DNA of 64,000 nt from Candidatus Heimdallarchaeota archaeon (GCA_046761065.1 JBHIFL010000008.1:1-64000), one strand, 5' to 3'. Shown: positions 1-10,770, numbered from the stretch's first letter. Numbers and translations are program-made. The notes: generated by a model not told the origin, from the sequence alone.

Positions 1-528
1 AAGGAGGCTTGAAATGCAGCGCGTTGGATTAGAGATATCTTGGGCAACAAGCTATCAGAAAGTTAGGAGCACTAAATTTAGTCCCTCAATTGTTCAATTA
101 AATATTCACAACAACCATCGTTAAACAAGAAGTTTTACGGTTTGAACGCATCTCTGAACGTCTAGACTGAAAGGAAGCTTTCGAATCTTGGTTGAAAATC
201 GCTACCCCTAAAAATCAACCTTAATGAAGAAATTGCAGGATCTACAAATCCACCAGGGTGAAGCAAGTATTCTTACCCTAGCAAAGGAATTGATAACTGA
301 AAAAAAGATGCTATAGGAATCATAGACGATTTAGCAGCTAGAGAAGTTGCACACGCACTCGGAATCACAGTTACAGGAACTATTGGAATTCTCTTACGAA
401 GAATGAAAACTTGGCTAATAGCCAAGAATGATTGTAAACATTTTCTGAAGAAAATTAATGAAGAAACTGATTTTCGTATGTCAATAAAAGTATATTCACG
501 TTTATTAACAGAATTAGAAGAAATTTAG
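1..528 (+). pseudogene. PIN-domain / DUF3368-type toxin remnant, 5' end outside window or lost
   Basis: Manual translation gives IHQGEASIL..IIDDLAAREVAHALGITVTGTIGILL..EEI* with an in-frame stop and a frameshift in the A-run near 300-307. Confidence 0.6.
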
Positions 529-699
529 GAACCTCAGCTTTGGTGTGCCCCTTGTTCGAGTGGTGATAAGGAGAATCTGGAAGTAGAAGCATAGAAAAGG
601 AATCTAATAACTGTTCTAATTGATTAATATATATAGATAGGATTCCATTTATTTAAGAAAAATTGTGTTTTTCAATTAAATTCTCGAGTTAGGTGGTTT

Positions 700-1536
700 T
701 CATGTCGGATTGCGCTCTTGGAGAATATCCTCCATCCGTTTTTGTATAGCCTGTTTCTCCTCCAGAGGGATAATAATATAGAATTTTTCAGCTTGGATTG
801 CGTTGAAAACCACATCAGCTACCTGCTGAGGGGGTAATCCGTTTTGTACCTCGCGACGTATGGTCTGCCAAAATTGTTCGACTTTTGGGTTCATTTTTTC
901 TTCAGTGTTATGTAGTTCAACGGGTCGATTTCGTTCGGCCTCCATAATTTGCGTGTTGACCGCTGCAGGGCAAAGAACAGATACTTTAAGCTTTGCACCC
1001 CTTTCTGCCAATTCATAATATAACGTTTCAGAAAGCGTTACCACTCCATGTTTGGTCACTCTATAAATGCCCCAACCATTACCTGGGCCAGATACTAATC
1101 CTGATACCGAAGCGGTATTAACAATGTGTCCTTCAGTCTCTTGTGCAAGCATCAGAGGGACAAATACTCGTACCCCATGAATGACTCCCCAAAGATTGAC
1201 ACCTATAATCCATTCCCAATCCGCCAGAGTGCTCTCCCAGATCGTGCTCCCACCAATAACTCCTGCATTATTGAATAGTAAGTGAACAGCCCCATATGCG
1301 TCAAGCGTCTTCTTAGCCAACATTTCAATATCTTTAACTTTTGAAACATCTGTTAAAACTGCTAAGACCGTCGCTCCTTTTGATTTCAACTCATTTTCAG
1401 CAATGGCTAATGCCGTTTCCTCAATATCTGCTAGAACGACTTTCATGCCTTCTTTCGCACATCGATCGGCGATTGCACGGCCTATCCCACTGGCAGCGCC
1501 TGTAATCACCGCAACTTTGTCTGCAAATACCTTCAT
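700..1536 (-). CDS. Short-chain dehydrogenase/reductase
   Basis: TGAASGIG, NNAG and YxxxK (YRVTK) motifs. Confidence 0.95.
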   Translation of the reverse strand: MKVFADKVAVITGAASGIGRAIADRCAKEGMKVVLADIEETALAIAENELKSKGATVLAVLTDVSKVKDIEMLAKKTLDAYGAVHLLFNNAGVIGGSTIWESTLADWEWIIGVNLWGVIHGVRVFVPLMLAQETEGHIVNTASVSGLVSGPGNGWGIYRVTKHGVVTLSETLYYELAERGAKLKVSVLCPAAVNTQIMEAERNRPVELHNTEEKMNPKVEQFWQTIRREVQNGLPPQQVADVVFNAIQAEKFYIIIPLEEKQAIQKRMEDILQERNPT

Positions 1537-1554
1537 CGTTATTCCTCATACTAC

Positions 1555-2391
1555 CTAGGAATCAATCCCCAAAATAGCTTGTAATTGGTCATTTTCGCTC
1601 AAACGATTCGACCACATGCGGCCATTGCTAAGTCCTCCATCAACAATCAACACATGTCCATTGACAAAGCTCGAGTCGTCACTCGCAAGCCAGAGTGCCG
1701 CCTGGGCCACATCTTCCGGGAGACCCGCGCGCCGAATTGGCTGATAATTCGCAAATACCGGCTTTAGACGCTCTATTGTTAAATCGATTGCTTCCAAAGG
1801 AAGGTTATAAGATCTTCCAATTATTGGCGTAACAACATATCCGGGGCAGATACAGTTCACTCGCACGCCACATTCACCCAATTCCATAGCAACTGAGCGG
1901 GTAAGGTGAATTACTGCTGCCTTAGCAGCGCTGTATATGTGAGGGGCATAACCTGTTCTAAGACCAGCTACGCTTGCATTGTTAATAATACTACCTGAAC
2001 ACTGATGCTTCATCACCGCGGCAGCATGCTTCATGCCAAGAAACACTCCACGAAGTAAAACTCCAATAGTTTGATCAAAGCCTTTCACAGGAATTGACTC
2101 AATTGCCCCGTCAACCCCTACAATCCCTGCATTGTTGAATATACAATCTAAACGTCCGAAGGTTTCTAGAGTGTGACCAATGACTGCCTTAATATCAGCC
2201 TCTTGGCTCACGTCTGTATGATGATACGTGACGTTTGTCCCAAGCTCTTCGGCAACCCGGTACCCCATCTCATCGAGGATGTCGGCTATCACAACATAAG
2301 CTCCTTGTTCGATAAACAGCCTTACAGTGGCTTTGCCAATACCACTAGCGCCACCTGTAACGATCGCAACCTTCTCCTTCAATTTTTTCAT
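1555..2391 (-). CDS. Short-chain dehydrogenase/reductase
   Basis: TGGASGIG, FNNAG, YSAAK, NCICPG motifs. Confidence 0.95.
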   Translation of the reverse strand: MKKLKEKVAIVTGGASGIGKATVRLFIEQGAYVVIADILDEMGYRVAEELGTNVTYHHTDVSQEADIKAVIGHTLETFGRLDCIFNNAGIVGVDGAIESIPVKGFDQTIGVLLRGVFLGMKHAAAVMKHQCSGSIINNASVAGLRTGYAPHIYSAAKAAVIHLTRSVAMELGECGVRVNCICPGYVVTPIIGRSYNLPLEAIDLTIERLKPVFANYQPIRRAGLPEDVAQAALWLASDDSSFVNGHVLIVDGGLSNGRMWSNRLSENDQLQAILGIDS

Positions 2392-2759
2392 GTTCGTCCC
2401 TCATTATTGGTGCATACAAAATATAACAAAAATTTTGTTAAGTTTTTAACGATCAAATATGGTACATTATAACATTTTATACACAAGCTAAGAGAAAGAC
2501 TAACACAAAACTAAAAAAAGATTCCATCTGCTTCTCCTGAAATGAAATCAAACACTATGGAATATAATATTTACCAAGTTGCCTTAAACCAATCCGAATT
2601 ACTATTCCATGGCAAACAATTCTTTCTTAGCACAGAAAATTCTGTGGATTAGAATATGGTGCGAAATAAAACAAAAAATCGAGTATCAAACCTTTGAGAA
2701 ATAATTATATTAAACTTGGGAAATATCATATCAATTAAGATGGTTTTCCTAAAGAAGGG

Positions 2760-3539
2760 TTGAACATTTTGACAAACGGATCTTTGCTTCAGAAGTTTCA
2801 AGATTTCTTCGATAAACTCTTAAATTTTAAATGGATCGATGACGGGTTTACCTTACCATTACTAATCCTTGTAGCACTTATCCTCATCATATTATTCATG
2901 GTTATTCGTATTGTCTCAGGACGAAATGCAATCAAAATCAAATTCATCACCCCCAAGTTACCTGAAGAAGCATCTCTTGTTCCACAAGAGACATTAAATG
3001 GACTAACAGCCTTGTACAATTCCACAAAAGGTGCTTTACAGATTCTTAAAACGTTTCAAGCTAGGAAAAATATTGGATCAGAAATGTATGAAAAACTCTC
3101 TTCTGGGTATAAAGCACAATTAAACAAGATTGAAAATAAATTTATAGAGGAAATAAAATCCGCTGAACATGATAGATTACAAAAAGTCTACGAAAAATCA
3201 ATTAAATCTACTACAACAGCAGCTGGTGCAACGCCCACTCCTTTTCCTTATATAAATCTTATCCCTTCAGTCGATGACACACTTTCCTCTTCCTTCAGTA
3301 GTTCTTCCAGCACTCCTCCTCCTGTTCCTAAAAGTAAATCTCCCTCTGCCCCTCCCAAGGGTCCTCCCTCCGCCCTTTCAGATACTCTTCCTTTCGCAAC
3401 TCCACCAACTCCCTCGCCCACACCCTCTCGCGGTTCCGGTGGCCCTCCCAAGGGTCCTCCCAAGGGCCCTCCCAAGGGTCCTCCCAAGGGTCCTCCTCCT
3501 CCAGCTCCTCCAAGCGAACGAAAGGGTAAAAAGGCTTGA
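2760..3539 (+). CDS. Single-pass membrane protein with helical middle and Ser/Pro-rich, (GPPK)n/polyproline C-terminal tail
   Basis: Hydrophobic stretch FTLPLLILVALILIILFMVI; C-terminus GPPKGPPKGPPKGPPKGPPPPAPP. Confidence 0.75.
   Translation: MNILTNGSLLQKFQDFFDKLLNFKWIDDGFTLPLLILVALILIILFMVIRIVSGRNAIKIKFITPKLPEEASLVPQETLNGLTALYNSTKGALQILKTFQARKNIGSEMYEKLSSGYKAQLNKIENKFIEEIKSAEHDRLQKVYEKSIKSTTTAAGATPTPFPYINLIPSVDDTLSSSFSSSSSTPPPVPKSKSPSAPPKGPPSALSDTLPFATPPTPSPTPSRGSGGPPKGPPKGPPKGPPKGPPPPAPPSERKGKKA
3441..3488 (+). repeat. 4 x 12-bp tandem repeat GG(C/T)CCTCCCAAG encoding GPPK
   Basis: Units at 3441, 3453, 3465, 3477; related copy near 3351. Confidence 0.95.
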
Positions 3540-3672
3540 ATGTACTTCTTATGAAAGCATTAAGGTAACTGTTAGAGTAAACTATCACCATATAAGGACA
3601 ATGAGTTTTATGCGAATTATAGGTATTAAAGGATTTTAATTTCATGATTATTATTAGATTTTCTTCCCATTA

Positions 3673-5166
3673 CTAAGTTCCTTTTCTTTGTAATTCAGTA
3701 ACTAATGCCTCAAAGTTCTTTTTAAACAAGTGCATGGAAAATTCCACCGAATGTTTGTGATCGGGATCATCACTGATTGGTGCAAAATATGCTGCATCAT
3801 GAAGGTGACGGAAAGTTAAATAACCTAGACATTCCACTTCCAGCTCCTTGAGCCAAAGGTCTTTAACCTCCTTTCTCACTATATCCACATAAGACGATAG
3901 GATCAATGAATTGAGTTTTTCAGCTATTTTTCGAATATTTTTTCTTTTTTGTGTTACTAGTGGTTTAATCAATTTTTCGGCTATAAATCTATTTGCTGCC
4001 ATGAGATCGGCAAGGTCTTTCGCTGCATGACACGGAATATGTTCATCCAAATCGAGTAAATAATGTCGATTCTTGTGATCGATCAGTATTTGTTTCCACA
4101 TGAGATCATGGTGAATTTCCGTTAATGGGGTATGAATTAGGACTGCGTTCCATAGATGTGAAAAGGTTTTTAACACGGGGAGTATCTCATTCTTGGTTAA
4201 CAGTCCATATTGTACCAAAACCTGCAGATTGTCTTGTAATTCGGCGAAGAATTCATCATAACATCGGGTTCCTTCAACTGCAAACTTTGGTTTTGAACGC
4301 CATTGTTGAATAGATGCTACATGAAATGGGGCAACGACTTTTTGAATACATCCCTCCACAAGACCCATCACAATTTTTTCTCTCCCCTTGTTCATCCCTT
4401 GCGCAATGGTGCTCATTTCGCGCCAAATCCGTGCTCCTGCTTCTTCAACGTTTTCTAAAAATGTACTAAAAATAACTAAAATGAGAGGTTGTTTACTAGC
4501 ATACTGTTTGCTCATGGCAGCGAGAGCCCCGTAGACTTTCGGGACAATTTTGAGGTCCTGAAGGGTCATTAATATTTCATACTCTTGATTTCCCCGGTCA
4601 ATCGGGGCTCGCGGCGTGAATCTCTTGACAAATATGCGTTCTTCCTTTCTTACTGACTTCTTTACTAGATGAAGGATGTATGTATAGTTTGTTGACGGAT
4701 ATATAGTATAAAGACACTGGATGCTTGAGATATGGATTTCACCGAGTTCTCTTGACATATCTCCAAGGAGAATCAGGTTCTTTCTCTTTTTTCCTTCCTC
4801 CAACTCATTGATCAAACCCTCCATATAGCGAGGACTTGAAAAAGCATCTACTAGAACCCTTACAGTATCTCTAACAGTAATCTGCCCAAGCACCACTTCA
4901 CTATGGCTTGCCTTTTCCTTTACGAGAATTGCCTCATAAAATCTGAAATACTTGGTTTGATCTCCTATCTTCATTTCAAGTGTTAAGAGGAAATCTAACA
5001 GGTTCATTCCACTTCTAAGAATTTCAACGTCAACATTTGTGATTTGCTTCGGATCTAACCGGTATTGACGAGGTCGATAAAATAAGCGTTCCCAATTGTC
5101 AATTATGAAACACTCCGCTTCCTTTTTATCCACAAAGAATGGGATTTCCAAGCCTTCCCTTTCCAT
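3673..5166 (-). CDS. Aminoglycoside-phosphotransferase-fold kinase, maltokinase-like
   Basis: IFVK, IHHDLMWKQIL (cf. HGDLHLGQVL), LLDLD and KDLADL motifs. Confidence 0.6.
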   Translation of the reverse strand: MEREGLEIPFFVDKKEAECFIIDNWERLFYRPRQYRLDPKQITNVDVEILRSGMNLLDFLLTLEMKIGDQTKYFRFYEAILVKEKASHSEVVLGQITVRDTVRVLVDAFSSPRYMEGLINELEEGKKRKNLILLGDMSRELGEIHISSIQCLYTIYPSTNYTYILHLVKKSVRKEERIFVKRFTPRAPIDRGNQEYEILMTLQDLKIVPKVYGALAAMSKQYASKQPLILVIFSTFLENVEEAGARIWREMSTIAQGMNKGREKIVMGLVEGCIQKVVAPFHVASIQQWRSKPKFAVEGTRCYDEFFAELQDNLQVLVQYGLLTKNEILPVLKTFSHLWNAVLIHTPLTEIHHDLMWKQILIDHKNRHYLLDLDEHIPCHAAKDLADLMAANRFIAEKLIKPLVTQKRKNIRKIAEKLNSLILSSYVDIVRKEVKDLWLKELEVECLGYLTFRHLHDAAYFAPISDDPDHKHSVEFSMHLFKKNFEALVTELQRKGT

Positions 5167-5488
5167 TTCTTTATATCAGGTGCTGAGCATTTGCATTACA
5201 ATTGCAAATTTTTTAGGATCGTTATTTATTAAACGCTTTTCTTTGAGAATTTACTTTTCAATCCAAATAGTGTTCTTATCTTACTTTTCTTCAAATCCTC
5301 GTAGATAACTAGACGCCTTCATTATGGCTAACACGAATACTAAGGACAAGGGTAAAACTCAACTTTTATGGTCATAAACCAAATTTTTGCAGATGGTAGG
5401 TTTTAAGTATAATAGAAAGACCGATAGATCAGAATTATTTTCAGCGGAAATGTAAAATTCGAACAGATTTAAATTAGAGAGGATTTTA

Positions 5489-6142
5489 ATGTCCGGAGAA
5501 TTTTTTTCGAAAATATTAAAAGAAAAGGATATCCACAAAAAAGGAACTGAACTGTTTATCAAGTTAGTTAAATCATTAGAAGTAGCTTATGTAAAATACA
5601 TCAAGGCTGTCAAAGCTTGGCGGCATCAGGATTACAATCTTGGTTATACCTTACGAGACGAGATTATTCAAATGGAAAGAGACGCAGATAAGGTTAAGGA
5701 CGTTTTCTTTGATAGTATTTTCAGAAAAAAAGCTTATCTTCCAACAATCACCGAAGAACGGCACCTAATGACTATAAACGCCGATCATATACTGGCCTCG
5801 ATCGAAAGGGCAGTTCGGATCCTTTGTATTAAAGAGCTCGATGATAGCTATTTTCCACAAGAATTGGAAGAAATCATAAAGAAAACAGAAAAGGTCTTGG
5901 ATTTATTTGTGAAAGCGAATACCTATTTCTTTAAGGACTTTGAAAAGTCCGCGAAATGTTGTCGAAAAGTTGAAAAATTACGCGACGAAGTTCGTGACCT
6001 TTATTTTGTTGTTTTAGAAAAGATTGTTAAAGATGAGGTTCCACGGGGTACAAAACGCCTGCTAGACGCTACGACTCGTATCAGCATCTTAGCAGAGGAC
6101 GCTGTTGATTATTTGAAGGTTCTCATCACCAAACACAGCTAA
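5489..6142 (+). CDS. DUF47/PhoU-like phosphate transport regulator
   Basis: E-x-x-A-D repeats (ERDADKVK), all-helical, directly upstream of PiT transporter. Confidence 0.85.
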   Translation: MSGEFFSKILKEKDIHKKGTELFIKLVKSLEVAYVKYIKAVKAWRHQDYNLGYTLRDEIIQMERDADKVKDVFFDSIFRKKAYLPTITEERHLMTINADHILASIERAVRILCIKELDDSYFPQELEEIIKKTEKVLDLFVKANTYFFKDFEKSAKCCRKVEKLRDEVRDLYFVVLEKIVKDEVPRGTKRLLDATTRISILAEDAVDYLKVLITKHS

Positions 6143-6165
6143 CCCGGTTTAATGGAGGCTTTTAT

Positions 6166-7146
6166 CTGACAGATCCCGTCCTGTTAGTTTTTGCCCTCTT
6201 TCTTGGCTCATTCGTTGCTTTTTCAGTTGGAGCTTGCGACGAAACGATGGCGCCAGCGGTAGGGGCTGGAATATTCTCATTAGGAACCGCAGTATTACTT
6301 GGGGGGATTTTTAATTTTATTGGTGTGTTCTTTATGGGAGAATCCGTCTCAAGGACGATTGGTACCAATATCTCTCACGAGACGCTTACACTACCGATGG
6401 TGTTCATCATCTTGATTACTATGGCAATTTGGCTTTTTATCGTTTCATTGAAAGGTATCCCAATAAGTACCACACAATCTATCATCGGGAGTGTTTTGGG
6501 CGTAGTATTAATTGAATGGGGATTCTGGGCTGTGAAATTTGATAGCCTCTTCTTGATTATCATTAGCTGGATTATTAGCCCGTTATTAGGACTCGTTGGT
6601 GGTTTCTGTTTTTATAAAGGAATTCTGAGAGTTCGAAGATCCTTCCAAGTAAGAGGGTATGCCGATTACGAAAGACAAGAAAAAATTGCTTCTTACTTGT
6701 TAGCATTGTTTTTACTCGTCACAGTATTTTCTCGGAGTGGAAATGATGTGGCTAAAGCAATAGGACCCATTATGGCAATTCCAGAATTTACTACCAATCC
6801 TATTCCCATCTTATTTGCCGGTGGCTTGGGGATGTGTATTGGTGTCATCATCCTAGGTCGACGAGTCGTCAAAAGGCTCTCAGTCGACATAATTGCTCTT
6901 TCTCCAATGCCGGCTTTAGCAGCTAGTATTTCTGTGTCTATAATTATGTTTTTTGGGACGTTAATGGGCATTCCACTCAGTGGTTCACATATTCTCATTG
7001 CAGCGTTCATTGGAGTCGGATATGTTAGTCAAGAATCATTTGATACAGATTATTTAAAAGAGATTGGAGCGAGTTGGGTGATAACAACGCCAGTATCCGC
7101 AGTGTTCTCAGCAGCTTTATATATAGTGGTCTTGAAAGTGATTTAA
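6166..7146 (+). CDS. pit: Inorganic phosphate transporter, PiT family; probable CTG start at 6166
   Basis: GACDET and SGNDVA signature-like motifs, PISTTQ, PLSGSH; GGAGG at 6154-6158 precedes in-frame CTG; ORF track start 6247 cuts off the first motif. Confidence 0.88.
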   Translation: MTDPVLLVFALFLGSFVAFSVGACDETMAPAVGAGIFSLGTAVLLGGIFNFIGVFFMGESVSRTIGTNISHETLTLPMVFIILITMAIWLFIVSLKGIPISTTQSIIGSVLGVVLIEWGFWAVKFDSLFLIIISWIISPLLGLVGGFCFYKGILRVRRSFQVRGYADYERQEKIASYLLALFLLVTVFSRSGNDVAKAIGPIMAIPEFTTNPIPILFAGGLGMCIGVIILGRRVVKRLSVDIIALSPMPALAASISVSIIMFFGTLMGIPLSGSHILIAAFIGVGYVSQESFDTDYLKEIGASWVITTPVSAVFSAALYIVVLKVI

Positions 7147-7667
7147 AATCTTTTATAAAAAGCTACGCGACAATTCCTTCTATTATTCTTGAAAACAATT
7201 CATTCTTACCAAATCATGATATGAAATTATTTTCTACTTGAATTTTTCTGGAATACATGCTATCTGAGATTGTAATGCTCTAAATATGAGTAGGGAATAC
7301 ATCTTTATTCAAAGAGATTAAAGGATTGGATTAATGACCTTAACTTTACACCTCACGATCGAATGAGTTGCCACAATAGTTCCGAGTCCACTCGTACCGT
7401 AAAAGGGGAGAACCTTCTTTGGGACATTTTCTGGGGTCTCTCCTACAGAAAATTATGTTAATCGATCGTAAAACTGCTAGAACTTCTCAAATTTTGCGCG
7501 GTAATACTTGCCATGCAGATATATGTTACATTTCAAACTTTACTTAGAGTTTAATTTGCTAATTGGTTATTTTTTAACGAAATAATTTTATTTTTATAAA
7601 AGAAATTATAATATATTTTTGGGGAATAAAAATAATATTTTATATAAATTAAACTGGGGTTCACATT

Positions 7668-8087
7668 TTGTCTATTCTAAAAATTAGGGAAGCCACCATT
7701 GGTCGGACAATAGATCTAGAAAAGCCTGTATTTCTACCCAAGGTCTATAAAGATGTTCTTTCTAAAATGGGTGAGACTTCAATTCTTTTCATCTGTGATT
7801 CTAATACAAAATGTATACGTATATTTTCCCATACCACTCATGCCATTTGGAGATTCTCATTGGTTTTGAATGCATCTCCGTCCCTAACTTTTCTTGAAAA
7901 ACTGAATAATATACTCCAATAAAATGATGTGAAAAAGTTTTACTCCAGTGGAATGTGTATTAGAGGACAAACTTGCTATTATGAAGGATATATTACTGAT
8001 CCCCAATATATCTCACTGGAAAAGTTGAAAAATGAGCTCAAAAACATTAGCGGTGTATTAAAAGTTACTATCGAAGCTGTCATGTAA
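7668..8087 (+). pseudogene. Small ACT-like domain protein interrupted by one in-frame TAA (7920-7922)
   Basis: Frame continues after the stop: NDVKKFYSSGMCIRGQTCYYEGYI..LKNISGVLKVTIEAVM*. Confidence 0.55.
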
Positions 8088-8102
8088 TGTTGATAAGGTC
8101 TT

Positions 8103-9452
8103 TTATGATGATGATGAAATTCCCTCGACCCAAGAGGGGCGTGTGCTGAAATTCTTGGCTTCGATGTGAAATTCAAGCGCTGTCGTGTTCACCTCATGTA
8201 GATCTTCAGAAATTATTCTCCTCTTGATGAACCGTTTTCTCAACTCCTCTGCGAAAGCTTCAGGAAATATAATCACTTCTTTTTGATCATCAAACCGCTC
8301 ATACCCGTCAAATGAGGGGCCAAGAGGATCAATACTCCATCGCATATGAAAATCTACTATGGGACCGTACCCTGCAGGTAGCTGTGTAAGACGAATGCGA
8401 CGATTTTTTGTAACTTTTAACAGATCTAAACCAAACATACCGAGCCGAAACAATTCGGCATTTCCTCTAATTTCCTCATGGGTAAGTTCTATGAAGGTTC
8501 GGACATGCCGACGAGGAACAATCTTGAGTTGAAAGTTATAAGATGGTGCAAATGCGGCACAAAGGGTTCCAAAATCATTTTCCGCAATACGCAACATTTC
8601 AAACGGCATAGGCATCCCGCCAAACTCGAAGATGCCTCCACGTTCACAATGACAACACATACATCCTTCTCCTTCTTCCTGACGTTCTTTGGCAGTCAAG
8701 ATCGCTTGTTCCATCATTGTAGAATGGCCTGAGTCCGATAAATCAGCATAGAGTTTAGCAAAAATAGGGTTATTATTTTTACTTGATGGAGTAATCAAAT
8801 TAAGGAAGATCTCAAAAGGGATCGTAGAAACATATCGTTCTTCTGGGGTGAGTTTGACCGAGTTTCCTGCGCATTCTTGAATGATGAGCTGTTGACTCTC
8901 TTTTATTGCATGAAGAATCATCTCTAACTGCTCTAGCGGCATTTGCAGAAAATCCATATAAAGATTGGTAGGAAACGTAATAAGAGAGATTCCATATGCC
9001 ATGTTGGGAATGGCAGAACTTATATTATCAACCCGGACCATTGGTGGGAATCGGTCAATTAAAGAAATGGCAGAATTAGGTTCAAATGAATATTTGTGCA
9101 AGCTCGTAGAAAACAAATCGTCGCCCATTTTGACTCTATTTTGTTGATCGATCATTAAAATTGGGAGGCAAAAAGCCGTCCCTGATACCAATTTATCAAA
9201 CTCATGGGATATTTTGGGGGGTGTTGTTTGGAGTGAAAGTGGGTTATCATTTCGCGCGGCACGAATATAGGAAACTCCCCCATGAACTTTACCTATATAT
9301 TGTCCGTTTAGTTGGATTTTTCTTGTTCTGAATGGATCATAACGCTTGATTGGAAATCGGAATGGAGGAACGCCTTGAGCGTTCTCTTCTGTTATAATGC
9401 CCCAATGCATAAACGGAATATACTTTGGCACTTCTTCATTGACTTTCCGCAC
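8103..9452 (-). CDS. GalT/HIT-superfamily protein, catalytically degenerate paralog (HxHxQ lost)
   Basis: Colinear with 10771-12127 (PIKRYDPFR, HKYSF, LYADLSD, IRLTQLP); N-x-G..GS..HxHxQ replaced by NLITPSSKNNNPIFAK; AGGTGA RBS before GTG. Confidence 0.8.
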   Translation of the reverse strand: MRKVNEEVPKYIPFMHWGIITEENAQGVPPFRFPIKRYDPFRTRKIQLNGQYIGKVHGGVSYIRAARNDNPLSLQTTPPKISHEFDKLVSGTAFCLPILMIDQQNRVKMGDDLFSTSLHKYSFEPNSAISLIDRFPPMVRVDNISSAIPNMAYGISLITFPTNLYMDFLQMPLEQLEMILHAIKESQQLIIQECAGNSVKLTPEERYVSTIPFEIFLNLITPSSKNNNPIFAKLYADLSDSGHSTMMEQAILTAKERQEEGEGCMCCHCERGGIFEFGGMPMPFEMLRIAENDFGTLCAAFAPSYNFQLKIVPRRHVRTFIELTHEEIRGNAELFRLGMFGLDLLKVTKNRRIRLTQLPAGYGPIVDFHMRWSIDPLGPSFDGYERFDDQKEVIIFPEAFAEELRKRFIKRRIISEDLHEVNTTALEFHIEAKNFSTRPSWVEGISSSS

Positions 9453-9722
9453 TCAATGTCACCTATTACGAGAAGTATTGCTCGAAAAAAGGTTTTTGCA
9501 CGCAGTATCAATGGTGCAAGAAAAATTTTGGCGTGGCTTTTTATATTTTCCCTGGTATTATTCTCACTATTAGTTATTTATGTTACCTAATGAACTCAAT
9601 TTTGTTATATTATAAAGACTGCTAGAACATGGTTTTGTGTGACATTTCCTAATTTTTCATTTAAATTCACTTGAAATCAAGCTTGCCTGGTTAAATCAAA
9701 CAGCTTCCGCTCATGGGTTGAT

Positions 9723-10502
9723 CTATTCGAACCATCGGTTTAATGGTTTAGTTTTTGAGAAAGACAGCTCGTTTCGCAATTCCCGAATGGTTTCCCATTG
9801 CTTTCGCACGAAAGTGGGAAGTGTCCCTTGGATGATCCATTTTTTAAGAATTGAACGTGTTAAAGGGTCTGAAGGATATCCACTTCCAAAATCTTCGCCA
9901 CATTCCCTCTTTAGTTTTTCAATTTGCTGATCTCTTTGGACTTTCGCTAAGATGGATGCTGCCGAAACAATAGGTATAGTCTCATCTGCTTTGTTTTTCG
10001 CTATGATTTGAAAATTATATGTTTTAACAGTGCTTCCACCACGTAGATTATTCTTCCCTCGAGTCCATTCTGAATTCCTGTGTCCTTCAAGCTGAACAAC
10101 CTCCCTAAACTTTGATTCAAATACCCGTGCATCTGGACCCAATGCATCCACGTATACTGTATTCGGCGCTAAAGAAAGACAAATCTGGACCATGTATTGC
10201 AGTTCAAGCTTGTTTAAGTTATTTTTTTCCGCCCTAATTGCAGCATCTATGCTTTGGGGAGAAATCTCAACATATTCCCACTTTGTTGCGAGTTCCTGGA
10301 TTTTTCTGTAAAGTTCATTGCGTTTTGCTGGTGATAATTGCTTCGAATCTTTTACTTTAAGTTTTTTTAACTTTTCGAGGTTTTTCTCGGGAAGAATCAA
10401 CCCTGCAATAACTAGAGGACCAATGACAGAACCTCTTCCTGCTTCATCAATTCCTCCAATCAATCTTTGCATTTCATGGGGTAGTTGAGTTTGCCTCATC
10501 AT
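9723..10502 (-). CDS. rnhB: Ribonuclease HII
   Basis: GIDEAGRG, DSK, VDA, KAD..VSAASILAKV, GSGYPSDP motifs. Confidence 0.97.
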   Translation of the reverse strand: MMRQTQLPHEMQRLIGGIDEAGRGSVIGPLVIAGLILPEKNLEKLKKLKVKDSKQLSPAKRNELYRKIQELATKWEYVEISPQSIDAAIRAEKNNLNKLELQYMVQICLSLAPNTVYVDALGPDARVFESKFREVVQLEGHRNSEWTRGKNNLRGGSTVKTYNFQIIAKNKADETIPIVSAASILAKVQRDQQIEKLKRECGEDFGSGYPSDPLTRSILKKWIIQGTLPTFVRKQWETIRELRNELSFSKTKPLNRWFE

Positions 10503-10770
10503 AGATCCCTAGTTCATGGGTCTTTTTCGATATTGCAATGAATTGTTTAAACATTCGGACATTCAGACAATTCCTTTTCGATTTAAGTGTTTTCCTAGCT
10601 ATTTTTTGCAAAGATTGATAAATAATTGTTTTCTAAAGAAAAACCTATTAAAGCTCTCAACTTTGAAGAATCTGATATTCGCTTAACCAAAAAGGTACTT
10701 AAAGCACTAGGTGAAAAACTCATTATTTTCATCTATAAAGTAAAATAGGTTCTATAAGGTGACAAGGGAT

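Noticed and set aside
3248-3645. Alternative-frame ORFs over the proline-rich repeat (PWEG, GGPL, LPRV repeats)
   Set aside because: Shadow frames of the GC-rich repeat; variation falls at the third codon position of the GPPK frame
7340-7450. GC-richer intergenic patch with a GGGGAGA/TCTCTCC stem
   Set aside because: Single weak stem, no recognisable RNA family or supported ORF
7920-7922. Repeated in-frame TAA suggesting TAA reassignment
   Set aside because: Many intact genes terminate at TAA at the expected family length (e.g. moxR, ppa, YyaL-like)
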